Positions 28,136 to 36,488 of a DNA stretch of 64,000 nt are shown one piece after another (within the stretch, counting starts at the first letter, position 1; each line of letters opens with the position of its first letter). Origin of the DNA: Treponemataceae bacterium. GTDB taxonomy: Bacteria > Spirochaetota > Spirochaetia > Treponematales > Rectinemataceae. The position numbers and the translations under genes are program-made. The notes beneath the pieces are model-generated. The model was not told where the DNA came from, searched no databases, and saw only the letters and a program-made list of their open reading frames with translations. The DNA lies in contig CAXXGJ010000006.1 in NCBI GenBank assembly GCA_963677895.2, positions 256,001 to 320,000 on the forward strand, read 5' to 3'.

Positions 28136-29101
28136 ATGTTTCGGTTTTATACGAGCAAGCTGATTCAGTACTCAATACTGCTTTTTCTCGCGGCTTCCCT
28201 CAATTTCGCCCTTCCGAGACTCATGCCTGGGGACCCCCTTCGATACGTAGTCGGCGAGGATATCACCATGATGAGCGCCGCGGAGAAGGAAGCGATGCGC
28301 GCGAAGATGGGGCTTAATGAGCCAATGGTGATGCAGTATCTCGAATACTTCGGGGAGTTGCTGCAAGGCAATCTCGGTTATTCTTTCAGGGAGAATAAGA
28401 CAGTTTCCGCCGTAATTGCCACTCGACTCCCCTGGACTCTGCTATTGGCAGCCCTCAATATAGTCATTTCCACGCTATTAGGCGCCGCGGCCGGCGCCTT
28501 GGCCGCGTGGCGGCGCGGTTCGAAGCTCGATCTGGGAATGGGCACATTTTTCATCTTCTTGCGTTCCATGCCCTCATTCTGGATCGGCATGATACTTGTC
28601 GCGATTTTCGGATCCACGCTCAAGTGGCTGCCAGTGTACGGGGCCTATACGATGTGGAGCTACTACAAGGGACTGGCGCAGGTATTGGACATCCTGAAAC
28701 ATCTGGTGCTCCCATTGACCACTATGGTGATTCTTTCCGTCACGTCCATCTACATCACGATGCGGTATTCGATGATAAACACGCTCGGCGAGGACTACAT
28801 CACGATGGCGGAACTCAAGGGAATTCCGGAGAAGAAGATAAAATATCGTCATGCCATGAGAAACGCCCTCATACCGGTGGTGACGGTCGTGATGATGAAC
28901 ATCGGCTATATGGTCGGCGGCGCCACGGTGGTCGAGACGGTCTTCGCCTATCCCGGGACGGGTCGACTGCTTTTCGAAGCCGTGAGCAATCGAGATTACC
29001 CATTGATACAAGGCTGTTTCTTCGTGATCACGTTGTGCGTCATAGTGGCGAATATCATCGCCGATCTCCTGTATCCCCTGCTTGACCCCAAGGTGGCTTA
29101 A
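28136..29101 (+). CDS. Peptide/nickel ABC permease (OppB/DppB-like)
   Basis: LMPGDP, GNLGYS, EDYITMAELKG, RDYPLIQG, LDPK. Confidence 0.95.
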   Translation: MFRFYTSKLIQYSILLFLAASLNFALPRLMPGDPLRYVVGEDITMMSAAEKEAMRAKMGLNEPMVMQYLEYFGELLQGNLGYSFRENKTVSAVIATRLPWTLLLAALNIVISTLLGAAAGALAAWRRGSKLDLGMGTFFIFLRSMPSFWIGMILVAIFGSTLKWLPVYGAYTMWSYYKGLAQVLDILKHLVLPLTTMVILSVTSIYITMRYSMINTLGEDYITMAELKGIPEKKIKYRHAMRNALIPVVTVVMMNIGYMVGGATVVETVFAYPGTGRLLFEAVSNRDYPLIQGCFFVITLCVIVANIIADLLYPLLDPKVA

Positions 29102-29102
29102 G

Positions 29103-29960
29103 ATGTCAAGACAGATGGATACGGTGAAGCTGTTTCTCAAGAATAAAACCGGCGTTGTTGGACTCATCATCCTCGCCTGCTTTGTCTTTGTCGCGATTTT
29201 CGCGCCTCTGATTTCCCCTTACGATCCCTATGAGCGTATAGGGAAGCCCTTCGAGCATCCGTCCTTCAAACATCTTCTCGGGACGAACGATATCGGTCAG
29301 GATATCTTGAGCGAAGTGCTGTTCGGCACGAGGATTTCGCTGCTGATCGGCGTTCTTTCGGCGGCGGTTTCCCTGGTGATCGGTACGATGGTCGGATTGA
29401 CCGCCGGCTATATCGGCGGCAGAACCGACGCGATCTTGATGAGGGCGGTGGACTTGAATCTTGTCATTCCGATGCTGCCTTTGATGATTTTGCTGGCCGC
29501 GTTTTTCGGGCCGAGTTTCTGGAATATTATCCTGGTCATCGGCGTCCTTTCCTGGGCAAGCCCGGCGAGGGTTATCCGATCACAGGTTCTGACGGTCAAA
29601 AATAAAGGCTATGTAGAGTCCGTCCAGGTATTGGGGGCAAGACCCTGGTATACGATTCGCAAGCATATCCTTCCGCCGACGATGTCGATCATCATCTCGC
29701 AGCTCATTCTGATGTCGTCGCGCGCGATCCTTACCGAAGCCTCGCTCAGCTTTTTAGGGCTTGGGGATCCCACGCAGAAAAGTTGGGGAATCATCCTTTT
29801 TTATGCCCAATCAAGAAGCGCATTTCTGACAAACGCGTGGATTTGGTGGATCCTTCCGCCGGGAATTCTCATCACGCTGCTGGTCATTTCCTTTTCATAC
29901 ATCGGGAATGCCCTTGAGGAAATCGTGAATCCACGGCTCCGCAGGAAGGTGAAAGGATGA
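29103..29960 (+). CDS. Peptide/nickel ABC permease (OppC/DppC-like)
   Basis: HLLGTNDIGQDI, EASLSFLGLG, SWG. Confidence 0.95.
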   Translation: MSRQMDTVKLFLKNKTGVVGLIILACFVFVAIFAPLISPYDPYERIGKPFEHPSFKHLLGTNDIGQDILSEVLFGTRISLLIGVLSAAVSLVIGTMVGLTAGYIGGRTDAILMRAVDLNLVIPMLPLMILLAAFFGPSFWNIILVIGVLSWASPARVIRSQVLTVKNKGYVESVQVLGARPWYTIRKHILPPTMSIIISQLILMSSRAILTEASLSFLGLGDPTQKSWGIILFYAQSRSAFLTNAWIWWILPPGILITLLVISFSYIGNALEEIVNPRLRRKVKG

Positions 29961-30000
29961 AGAATTCACGGATTGCCTTCTATAGCGGCTGGAGGACCGG

Positions 30001-30984
30001 ATGCCAGTCCTGAGCGTACGGGATATAACGACCGTTTACCGCACTCCCGACGGCAATGCGCTTGCGCTGGATGCCTTCAGTATCGATCTCGAGAAGGGAG
30101 AGATGCTTGGCTTGATCGGGGAATCGGGCTGCGGAAAGACGACGGCTGGTTATTCGATTCTCAGGGCGGTAAAGTATCCGGGCTTGATGATGGGGGGATC
30201 GGTGCTGCTCGACGGCGTGGATCTGGCGTCCTTGGGGCCGGAAGCATTGCGGCGTCACCTATGGAAAGACATCGCCATGATTCCGCAATGCGCGATGAAC
30301 GCGCTGAATCCTTCGTACCGCATCGGGGCGCAGATCGCGGAAGCTATCACCACACATGAGCCTCTCGTGCCGAAAGCTGAAGTCGCTGCCCGCGTAAAAA
30401 TTCTCCTCGACTCGGTGGGGCTCAATTCCGGATGGGTAAATTCCTTTCCCCACAAACTGAGCGGGGGAATGAAACAGCGTGTCGTGATCGCGATGGCGCT
30501 TGCTTGTAGCCCAAAGGTGATCATAGCGGATGAATCGACTACGGGTCTGGACGTGCTCGTTCAGGCGCAAATCATGGCACTCTTGAAAAAAATCCAGACG
30601 GAGAGGAACCTCGGGATCATTCTGATATCGCACGATTTGCCGATGGTCGCCGACGTATGTGATCGCATCGGCATCATGTATGCGGGCTCTCTCGTCGAGA
30701 CGGGAGCGACGGAAGAAATCATGCGGCATCCTCAACATCCCTACACGAAGGCTTTATTGGCTTCTCAGATAAGGTTAGACGACCTGCATTCGGTCGTGCG
30801 CCCCATCGAAGGTTGTGTTCCTAATCTGGTGGAAAAGGATCCGGGTTGCAGATTTCGTGGAAGATGCAGGTTTTCTATCGAGATATGCGCCGGCGAAAAA
30901 CCCTCTTTGTCAAAAATCGGAAACAGCCATCGCTGCGCATGCCACCATATGAAAGCCTTGTCGAGGGAGAATGCCTATGCGTGA
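30001..30984 (+). CDS. ABC ATPase (OppD-like)
   Basis: GESGCGKT, LSGGMKQR, HPYT, C-terminal Cys cluster. Confidence 0.95.
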   Translation: MPVLSVRDITTVYRTPDGNALALDAFSIDLEKGEMLGLIGESGCGKTTAGYSILRAVKYPGLMMGGSVLLDGVDLASLGPEALRRHLWKDIAMIPQCAMNALNPSYRIGAQIAEAITTHEPLVPKAEVAARVKILLDSVGLNSGWVNSFPHKLSGGMKQRVVIAMALACSPKVIIADESTTGLDVLVQAQIMALLKKIQTERNLGIILISHDLPMVADVCDRIGIMYAGSLVETGATEEIMRHPQHPYTKALLASQIRLDDLHSVVRPIEGCVPNLVEKDPGCRFRGRCRFSIEICAGEKPSLSKIGNSHRCACHHMKALSRENAYA

Positions 30985-31993
30985 CATTCCGATACTGGAA
31001 GTCGAAGGACTTAAAAAGACATTCGGCCAGAAAGCGCATTTTACGCATTTTAGCCGAAGGAACCATAAAGCCTCTAGAAGCGACGTGTACGCGCTTGACG
31101 ATGTTTCGTTCTCTCTGATGAAAGGAGAAACTTTAGGTATCATTGGCGAGTCCGGCTGCGGAAAGAGCACAACCGCCAGAATTCTCGTCGGTCTCGTGAA
31201 ACCGGACTCAGGCGCCTTGCGTTTCGAAGGTGAGAATATCCTGAAGATGGGCCCAGCTGGCATGCAGGCATATAGGAAACAGGTGCAAATTGTTTTTCAG
31301 GATCCCTACGAGTACTTGAATCCAAGGATGACGTTGAGGGATATAGTCTGTGAACCGCTCGTCATCAACCATATGGTTGGGAGCGAGGGGGAAAAGGAAA
31401 AGGTAGCTGAAAAATACCTGGAACAGGTTGGCCTCGCCCCCGCCAAGGACTTCTCAAAACGTTATACGCACGAGCTGAGCGGCGGACAGAGACAACGTGT
31501 GGCGGTTGCCCGCGCGCTTGTGCTACACCCTAAGCTGCTGATCGCGGACGAACCTACCTCCATGCTCGACGTCTCAGTGCGCGCCGGAATCTTGAATCTC
31601 CTGAAAAGCCTCATTCTGGAGTACAGGATGTCCATGGTATTCATAACCCACGACATCGCGACCTCCGGCTATATGTGCGACAAGCTTGCCGTAATGTACA
31701 AAGGGCGAATCGTCGAAATAGGAGACCGAGACGCCATCATACGAGCGCCGCAACACCCCTATACCAAAGCCTTGGTGCAAGTCTGCACGGACCTGCAGGG
31801 TTTCATCAAGGAGCGAAAAACGTTTATCAAGGAAGGAGAAGTTGATGCCTTCGAGCGTGGTGGGCACTGTTGTTTCGAGGCGCGCTGCGTGTGCCGGGAC
31901 TCTGAATGCGGCTGTGGCTGCGAGGGAAAACAGGAAATGGTAGAGGTCGGGGTAGGCCATTTCGTCGCATGCGCGCATTGTAATTGCGGATAA
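30971..31993 (+). CDS. ABC ATPase (OppF-like) with Cys-rich tail
   Basis: GESGCGKS, LSGGQRQR, DEPTSMLD, tail CCFEARCVCRDSECGCGC...CAHCNCG. Confidence 0.95.
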   Translation: MPMRDIPILEVEGLKKTFGQKAHFTHFSRRNHKASRSDVYALDDVSFSLMKGETLGIIGESGCGKSTTARILVGLVKPDSGALRFEGENILKMGPAGMQAYRKQVQIVFQDPYEYLNPRMTLRDIVCEPLVINHMVGSEGEKEKVAEKYLEQVGLAPAKDFSKRYTHELSGGQRQRVAVARALVLHPKLLIADEPTSMLDVSVRAGILNLLKSLILEYRMSMVFITHDIATSGYMCDKLAVMYKGRIVEIGDRDAIIRAPQHPYTKALVQVCTDLQGFIKERKTFIKEGEVDAFERGGHCCFEARCVCRDSECGCGCEGKQEMVEVGVGHFVACAHCNCG

Positions 31994-32011
31994 AAGTCTC
32001 TCGTTCGACTG

Positions 32012-32293
32012 CTATCGCACAAACTTATCGACCGCGTCCTTGAGAGAGTTAAGGAGTTCATCCTTATCCGGCGAATCCGAATCAAACGCATCGCGGATGC
32101 AATGATCCACATGATCGTTGAGAAGTATCTTCCCAACATTATTCAAAGCCGACCTGACCGCGGCTATTTGGATCAAGACTTCCGAACAGTCGCGGTTTTC
32201 GTCGATCATGGTCTTTATGGATTCAGCGTGCCCAATGATCCTCGACATCCTGACTTTGAGAGCATGTTTAGATTCATGGTCATGTACATGCAT
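32012..32293 (-). CDS. CsoR/RcnR-family metal-sensing repressor
   Basis: MHVHDH..., RMSRIIGH, DCSEVLIQIAAVRSAL, HVDHC. Confidence 0.92.
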   Translation of the reverse strand: MHVHDHESKHALKVRMSRIIGHAESIKTMIDENRDCSEVLIQIAAVRSALNNVGKILLNDHVDHCIRDAFDSDSPDKDELLNSLKDAVDKFVR

Positions 32294-32376
32294 AATTACC
32301 CCGCCATCGAACGGTGATTGTCGTAATCTTCCTTGGGGAATTTTACAGAATAATATAGCATATTTTATGGTTTTAC

Positions 32377-32433
32377 ACAACGTAGATAAGGGCGTATCGT
32401 ACGCATGACTCGTGAACCGCTGGTTCCGGTTCA
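32377..32433 (+). repeat. Strongly decayed third copy of the att region
   Basis: ACTCGTGAACCGCTGGTTCC-GGTTCA matches 21/27 to 13080-13106, preceded by ACAACG..GATAAGG..TCGTAC as at 13054-13081. Confidence 0.55.
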
Positions 32434-32461
32434 GCGGACGATTCGCCTAATGTTGCGCGCT

Positions 32462-33160
32462 TCAGCCCTTCGGTCGGTCCGTGATGCCGGCTGTCGCCTT
32501 CGTTTTTATGAGAACGGCGCCAAGCCATGCGAACCACGCGATCAGCATCAGCCCGAACGCGATGGAGGCGTCGCGCAAGGGCGGGAAGACCGAGGCGAGG
32601 CCGGCCGCCCCGACGACGACGCCGAACCAGCCGAGGAGTTTCGGCAGCGCGCCGCTTCGCAGAGCCACGACGCTCACCAGAAGTATCCACAAGCCGCCGA
32701 GGATCTCGCCGCCGGCGCCGCCAAGCGCCTGCGCGACGGACTCGATCGCCAGCCACGACATTTGAGCCTGTGTCGGGTCCGCTGCGGTCAATCCCGCGAT
32801 CGTCGTCATGCCGTAGTTGAAAATCATGCCGCTCGCGACGAGCGCGAACGACCACAGCAGGCCGATGGCGGTGGCGGCGCGCATCGTGGCGGGCGCGCGA
32901 GCCTTCATTCTGTCGTACAGCGCGAAGGCCAGCACGCCGAGCGCGATTCCGTAGAATACATACGTGACGAGGTACATAGCGTACATGCTCGCGTAGTTGG
33001 CGACGATGAGCGCGACCTTTTCCGCGGCGGTCCGCGCGCCCATGTAGTCGACCACGAGCAGGAAGTACGGCATCGCCGCGAGCAGGGCGAGCGCGATATA
33101 GATCGCCGCCGCGCCTCCGGCCATCTGTCGCTTGGCTTCATCGCGGGTCAGTGTGTTCAT
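32462..33160 (-). CDS. DUF4386-like membrane protein
   Basis: Multi-TM protein divergent from TetR; LGGAGGEILGGLW, LPKLLGWFG. Confidence 0.75.
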   Translation of the reverse strand: MNTLTRDEAKRQMAGGAAAIYIALALLAAMPYFLLVVDYMGARTAAEKVALIVANYASMYAMYLVTYVFYGIALGVLAFALYDRMKARAPATMRAATAIGLLWSFALVASGMIFNYGMTTIAGLTAADPTQAQMSWLAIESVAQALGGAGGEILGGLWILLVSVVALRSGALPKLLGWFGVVVGAAGLASVFPPLRDASIAFGLMLIAWFAWLGAVLIKTKATAGITDRPKG

Positions 33161-33205
33161 GATAATCTCCCTTTGGCAGGCCGCGGCGCTTGCGTGCCAC
33201 GGCTG

Positions 33206-33266
33206 TTGACGATATACTTACTAAGTAAGCAACGGAAGTGTTGCACTTACTTAGTAAGTGTGTCAA
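33206..33266. promoter_or_regulatory. Divergent promoters with two TetR operators CTTAC-N3-GTAAG
   Basis: CTTACTAAGTAAG (33217-33229) and CTTACTTAGTAAG (33246-33258), flanked by TTGAC and GTCAA. Confidence 0.8.
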
Positions 33267-33281
33267 GCCATTGGAGTGAAA

Positions 33282-33962
33282 ATGGTCGAGAAGATTCGCG
33301 GGGGTAGAAAGACGACCGCGCCGCGTTTACCATTGAGTCGAAATCAAGTCCTCGCCGCGGCGGCGGAGATCGCCGACGAACGCGGGATCGGCGCGGTAAC
33401 CATGCGCGAGGTGGCGTCGAGGCTAGGCGTGGAAGCGATGTCGCTCTACAACCATGTCGCGAACAAGGACGATATTCTCGATGGCATGGTCGACCTCGTG
33501 ATCGAGCATGTCGAGCTCCCCTCCGACGTCATTGGCTGGCGCGAGGCGATGCGACGCCGGGCGGTCTCCGCTCACGAGGTTTTCGGCCGGCACCCATGGG
33601 TGCCGCAGCTTCTCGACTCGCGCGAGACAAGCGGTCCGTCAAGAATGCTCTACCTCGACTGGGTGCTTGGGACGCTGGTGACGGCGGGGTTTCCGCTGGA
33701 AGACGCGGCTCGCGCCTTCTCCCTGCTCGACAGTTATATCTACGGCTTCGGCATCCAGCAATTCAACATGTCGGCCGACACCGATGCCTCGCCCGAGAAG
33801 ATGGCCCAAGCGATTCTGGCGTCGATACCCGTCGAGAAGTACCCCTACCTGTATCGGATGGCTTCGCACGCGATGCAATCGGGCTACGACGCCGAAGCCG
33901 ACTTCAACTTCGGGCTGGAGCTCATCCTCGACGGGCTGGAACGGATCCCCCGTCGAGCCTAG
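33282..33962 (+). CDS. TetR/AcrR-family regulator
   Basis: TMREVASRLGVEAMSLYNHVANKDDIL; C-terminal FNFGLELILDGL. Confidence 0.93.
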   Translation: MVEKIRGGRKTTAPRLPLSRNQVLAAAAEIADERGIGAVTMREVASRLGVEAMSLYNHVANKDDILDGMVDLVIEHVELPSDVIGWREAMRRRAVSAHEVFGRHPWVPQLLDSRETSGPSRMLYLDWVLGTLVTAGFPLEDAARAFSLLDSYIYGFGIQQFNMSADTDASPEKMAQAILASIPVEKYPYLYRMASHAMQSGYDAEADFNFGLELILDGLERIPRRA

Positions 33963-34111
33963 AACGCCCCGTTAGCCTTCTGGATCAGCGCGATTATAAC
34001 GACGCCAACCACGAATACGATAGCGACAATCGCCGTGATGATTTTTTCGCGCTTCGAAGGTCCTTTGGGCTGCGTGTTTGGATTCTGCGCGTTAGTTTTC
34101 TTTTCTTCCAT
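33959..34111 (-). CDS. 50-aa single-pass membrane protein (absent from the ORF track)
   Basis: GGAGG RBS; MEEKKTNAQNPNTQPKGPSKREKIITAIVAIVFVVGVVIIALIQKANGAF*. Confidence 0.65.
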   Translation of the reverse strand: MEEKKTNAQNPNTQPKGPSKREKIITAIVAIVFVVGVVIIALIQKANGAF

Positions 34112-34282
34112 AATCTTTCATTCCTCCATGATTTAATGAATCGCTCGAACTCAACCGACCTTGCCCGGATTCGCCCGGACAAACCGATTTGATCTGTTGA
34201 GTAAATTGAAAAAGCCTTTGTTAAAATGCTCGTACAGGAATGTTAAGATGTGCTTGGCCGCCAGCGGGCTCCTTCTAGCGGC

Positions 34283-34398
34283 AAAATAAAAAGCCGCCAT
34301 TCAACTTTGAAGTTGAATGGCGGCCCGACCATTCTAAAACCTCCAGCCATGGATGGCTGAACCCTTTTAGGCGGCGAAATCGGTTCTCGCCGCTCAGT
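34283..34398 (-). ncRNA. Candidate cis-regulatory RNA (nhaA-I/DUF1646-like cation riboswitch) with overlapping terminator
   Basis: CUAAAA-GGGUU-CAGCCA(UCCA)UGGCUG-GAGG-UUUUAG-AAUGGUCGGGCCGCCA, then hairpin GCCGCCAUUCAAC/GUUGAAUGGCGGC and a U tract; TTGATT-17-TAAAAT promoter upstream. Confidence 0.55.
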
Positions 34399-34499
34399 TA
34401 TTACATTTTACCACCTCTATCCTGAGTAATCAAGAAGAAATTTGAAGACGATTAATCGAGGTATTGCATATAACTGTTCTGTCCCGATGCTTAACCGGC

Positions 34500-34997
34500 T
34501 CAGATCTTGAATAGGACCCCTATATACGAAGCCCTGAGGCCTGATTCGAGGTTGATGGCGACGTTATTGGATAGATAGTAGCTCAAGCCGCCGATGGTGT
34601 CGAAACCGACTCCGGGGAATACCGTGAGTCCCAAGCCCAAGTATGAATCGAAGTTTCCGATCCAGGAAAGTTCTCTGGGGAAATTCAGGGCGCCCCAGCT
34701 GAAATGGAGCGTGCCGAAAGCGCCGACTGACAGGGCTACGCTGCTTGCCAAGTCGAGTCCGACGCGGCCCGCGATTCCGTAGGTGAAGGGCAGCTTTTCC
34801 GCGATGACGAATTTTCCTATGGCGTATTCCACGCCTCCGCCGAGTCCGAAACCGCTGCCATAGTGCAGGCCAAGGCCTATGTTCGCGTTGAGCGAACCGG
34901 GGGCGACAAGCATGCCGTTTTTCGCGTATGAATCCCCGAACGCGAATCCGGAAAATATGACGAGCGCTGCCAGAAGAAATGCGATTCTCTTATTCAT
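34500..34997 (-). CDS. Small outer-membrane beta-barrel protein
   Basis: Signal peptide; Gly/aromatic alternating strands; C-terminal YIGVLFKI; GGAGG RBS. Confidence 0.7.
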   Translation of the reverse strand: MNKRIAFLLAALVIFSGFAFGDSYAKNGMLVAPGSLNANIGLGLHYGSGFGLGGGVEYAIGKFVIAEKLPFTYGIAGRVGLDLASSVALSVGAFGTLHFSWGALNFPRELSWIGNFDSYLGLGLTVFPGVGFDTIGGLSYYLSNNVAINLESGLRASYIGVLFKI

Positions 34998-35162
34998 AAA
35001 AACCTCCCAAGGTTTATTCGGCGAAGAGCGTCCTTTAATAGTACGTGGCCGGCATGTCTTGGTCTGTGCGGCACCACACATAGCGGCCTGAAACCACATA
35101 TCATATTATTCAACTGGAACGAGGTTGGTTGCGCGCGGTAGCGCAGAAAGCTTCGAACGGGT

Positions 35163-36332
35163 ATGATTGCCACCATGCCCGCCAAAGACAGGATACGCTA
35201 CTCGGAGATTGGGGTTCTGACCGTCTCGCACATGCTCAACGATCTCTATAGCAATTATCTTCCACAAATGCTGCCTTTTCTCATGGCTTCCCTGCAGGGG
35301 TTCACGGTGACGAAGGCGGCTATCCTGACCGCTTCCTTCTCGATCACTTCATCGATCGTGCAGCCTGTGTTCGGCTATTTTGTCGATAATCTGGGCAGGA
35401 GATGGCTTGTTCATGTGGGAACCCTCTGGATGGCGGTGATGTTGAGCCTTACTGGTATCGTGGACAGCTACTGGATGCTCGTGGCGCTCTCTTCGCTCGC
35501 CGGGCTGGGAACGGCCGCTTTCCACCCCCAGGCGGCGTCCATGATGAATGTGCTCGGCGGCAAGCACAAGGCCGTGCTTTTTTCCATTTTTGTCGCTTTC
35601 GGCAATATCGGCTTCGCGTTCGGGCCTTTGCTCCTCGTTCCCCTCTTTCAGGCTCTTGGCCTTAGGGCGACCTTGTTCACGGTGGCGCCTGGCATCGTCG
35701 TGGCTCTTCTCCTTTTCTTTTTCGCGCCTCAGATTCAGGTCTCCGCCAAAGCCATTCCCTCGCTCCGGAATGTGCTGACATCGATTCGGGCTTCATCGAG
35801 ACAGCTTATCCCCCTCGTAGCCGTCATAGCGGTGCGTTCGCTGGCCTATACGGGCATGCTGACGCTTTTGCCCCTGTACTTCGCGGAAAAGCAGCTGAGC
35901 AAGATCGCGGCCAGTCACCTCGTGACTATAATGCTTTTTTCCGGAGCCATCGGCGGAATACTCGAAGGCTTCATTTCGGATCGCTTCGGTCGAAAGCCTC
36001 TTATCGTCGCGTCGCTCATGATTTCGACACCCTTCTTTTTCGCTTTTCTCGCCACGCAGGGCATCTGGTCCGTCATATTCCTGGCGCTGGCCGGGGCGAG
36101 CCTCCTCTCCAGTTTTTCGGTGACGGTAGTGGCCGCGCAGGAAGCCATTCCCGAAAACAAGGCTCTCGCGGCCGGCATATCGATGGGACTCGCGGGCGGG
36201 CTTGGGAGCATGGCGGTGATCTTCATAGGAAGGCTCGGCGACGTGTGGGGATTGACTCAGGCGGTATTCGTTCTCTTTTCCCTGCCGGTCGTAGCCGGCC
36301 TCATAGGGTTGTCGATGCGCAAGCAACCATGA
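35163..36332 (+). CDS. MFS transporter (fosmidomycin-resistance Fsr-like)
   Basis: SHMLNDLY, QPVFGY, GLGTAAFHPQA, SDRFGRK. Confidence 0.88.
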   Translation: MIATMPAKDRIRYSEIGVLTVSHMLNDLYSNYLPQMLPFLMASLQGFTVTKAAILTASFSITSSIVQPVFGYFVDNLGRRWLVHVGTLWMAVMLSLTGIVDSYWMLVALSSLAGLGTAAFHPQAASMMNVLGGKHKAVLFSIFVAFGNIGFAFGPLLLVPLFQALGLRATLFTVAPGIVVALLLFFFAPQIQVSAKAIPSLRNVLTSIRASSRQLIPLVAVIAVRSLAYTGMLTLLPLYFAEKQLSKIAASHLVTIMLFSGAIGGILEGFISDRFGRKPLIVASLMISTPFFFAFLATQGIWSVIFLALAGASLLSSFSVTVVAAQEAIPENKALAAGISMGLAGGLGSMAVIFIGRLGDVWGLTQAVFVLFSLPVVAGLIGLSMRKQP

Positions 36333-36488
36333 AAGCTGAACAAAGCTTACCTATGTCGCGATGGGTGGCGTGACTCGCCGAAAAATCTGGGGGTGGTTCA
36401 TTTTTCATCTTGAAATCTTATAGTCTGGGTATAGAATGCTCCCGTCATTTATTTGAAAAACAATTCATACTCGCTAGTGAGGCAAACG

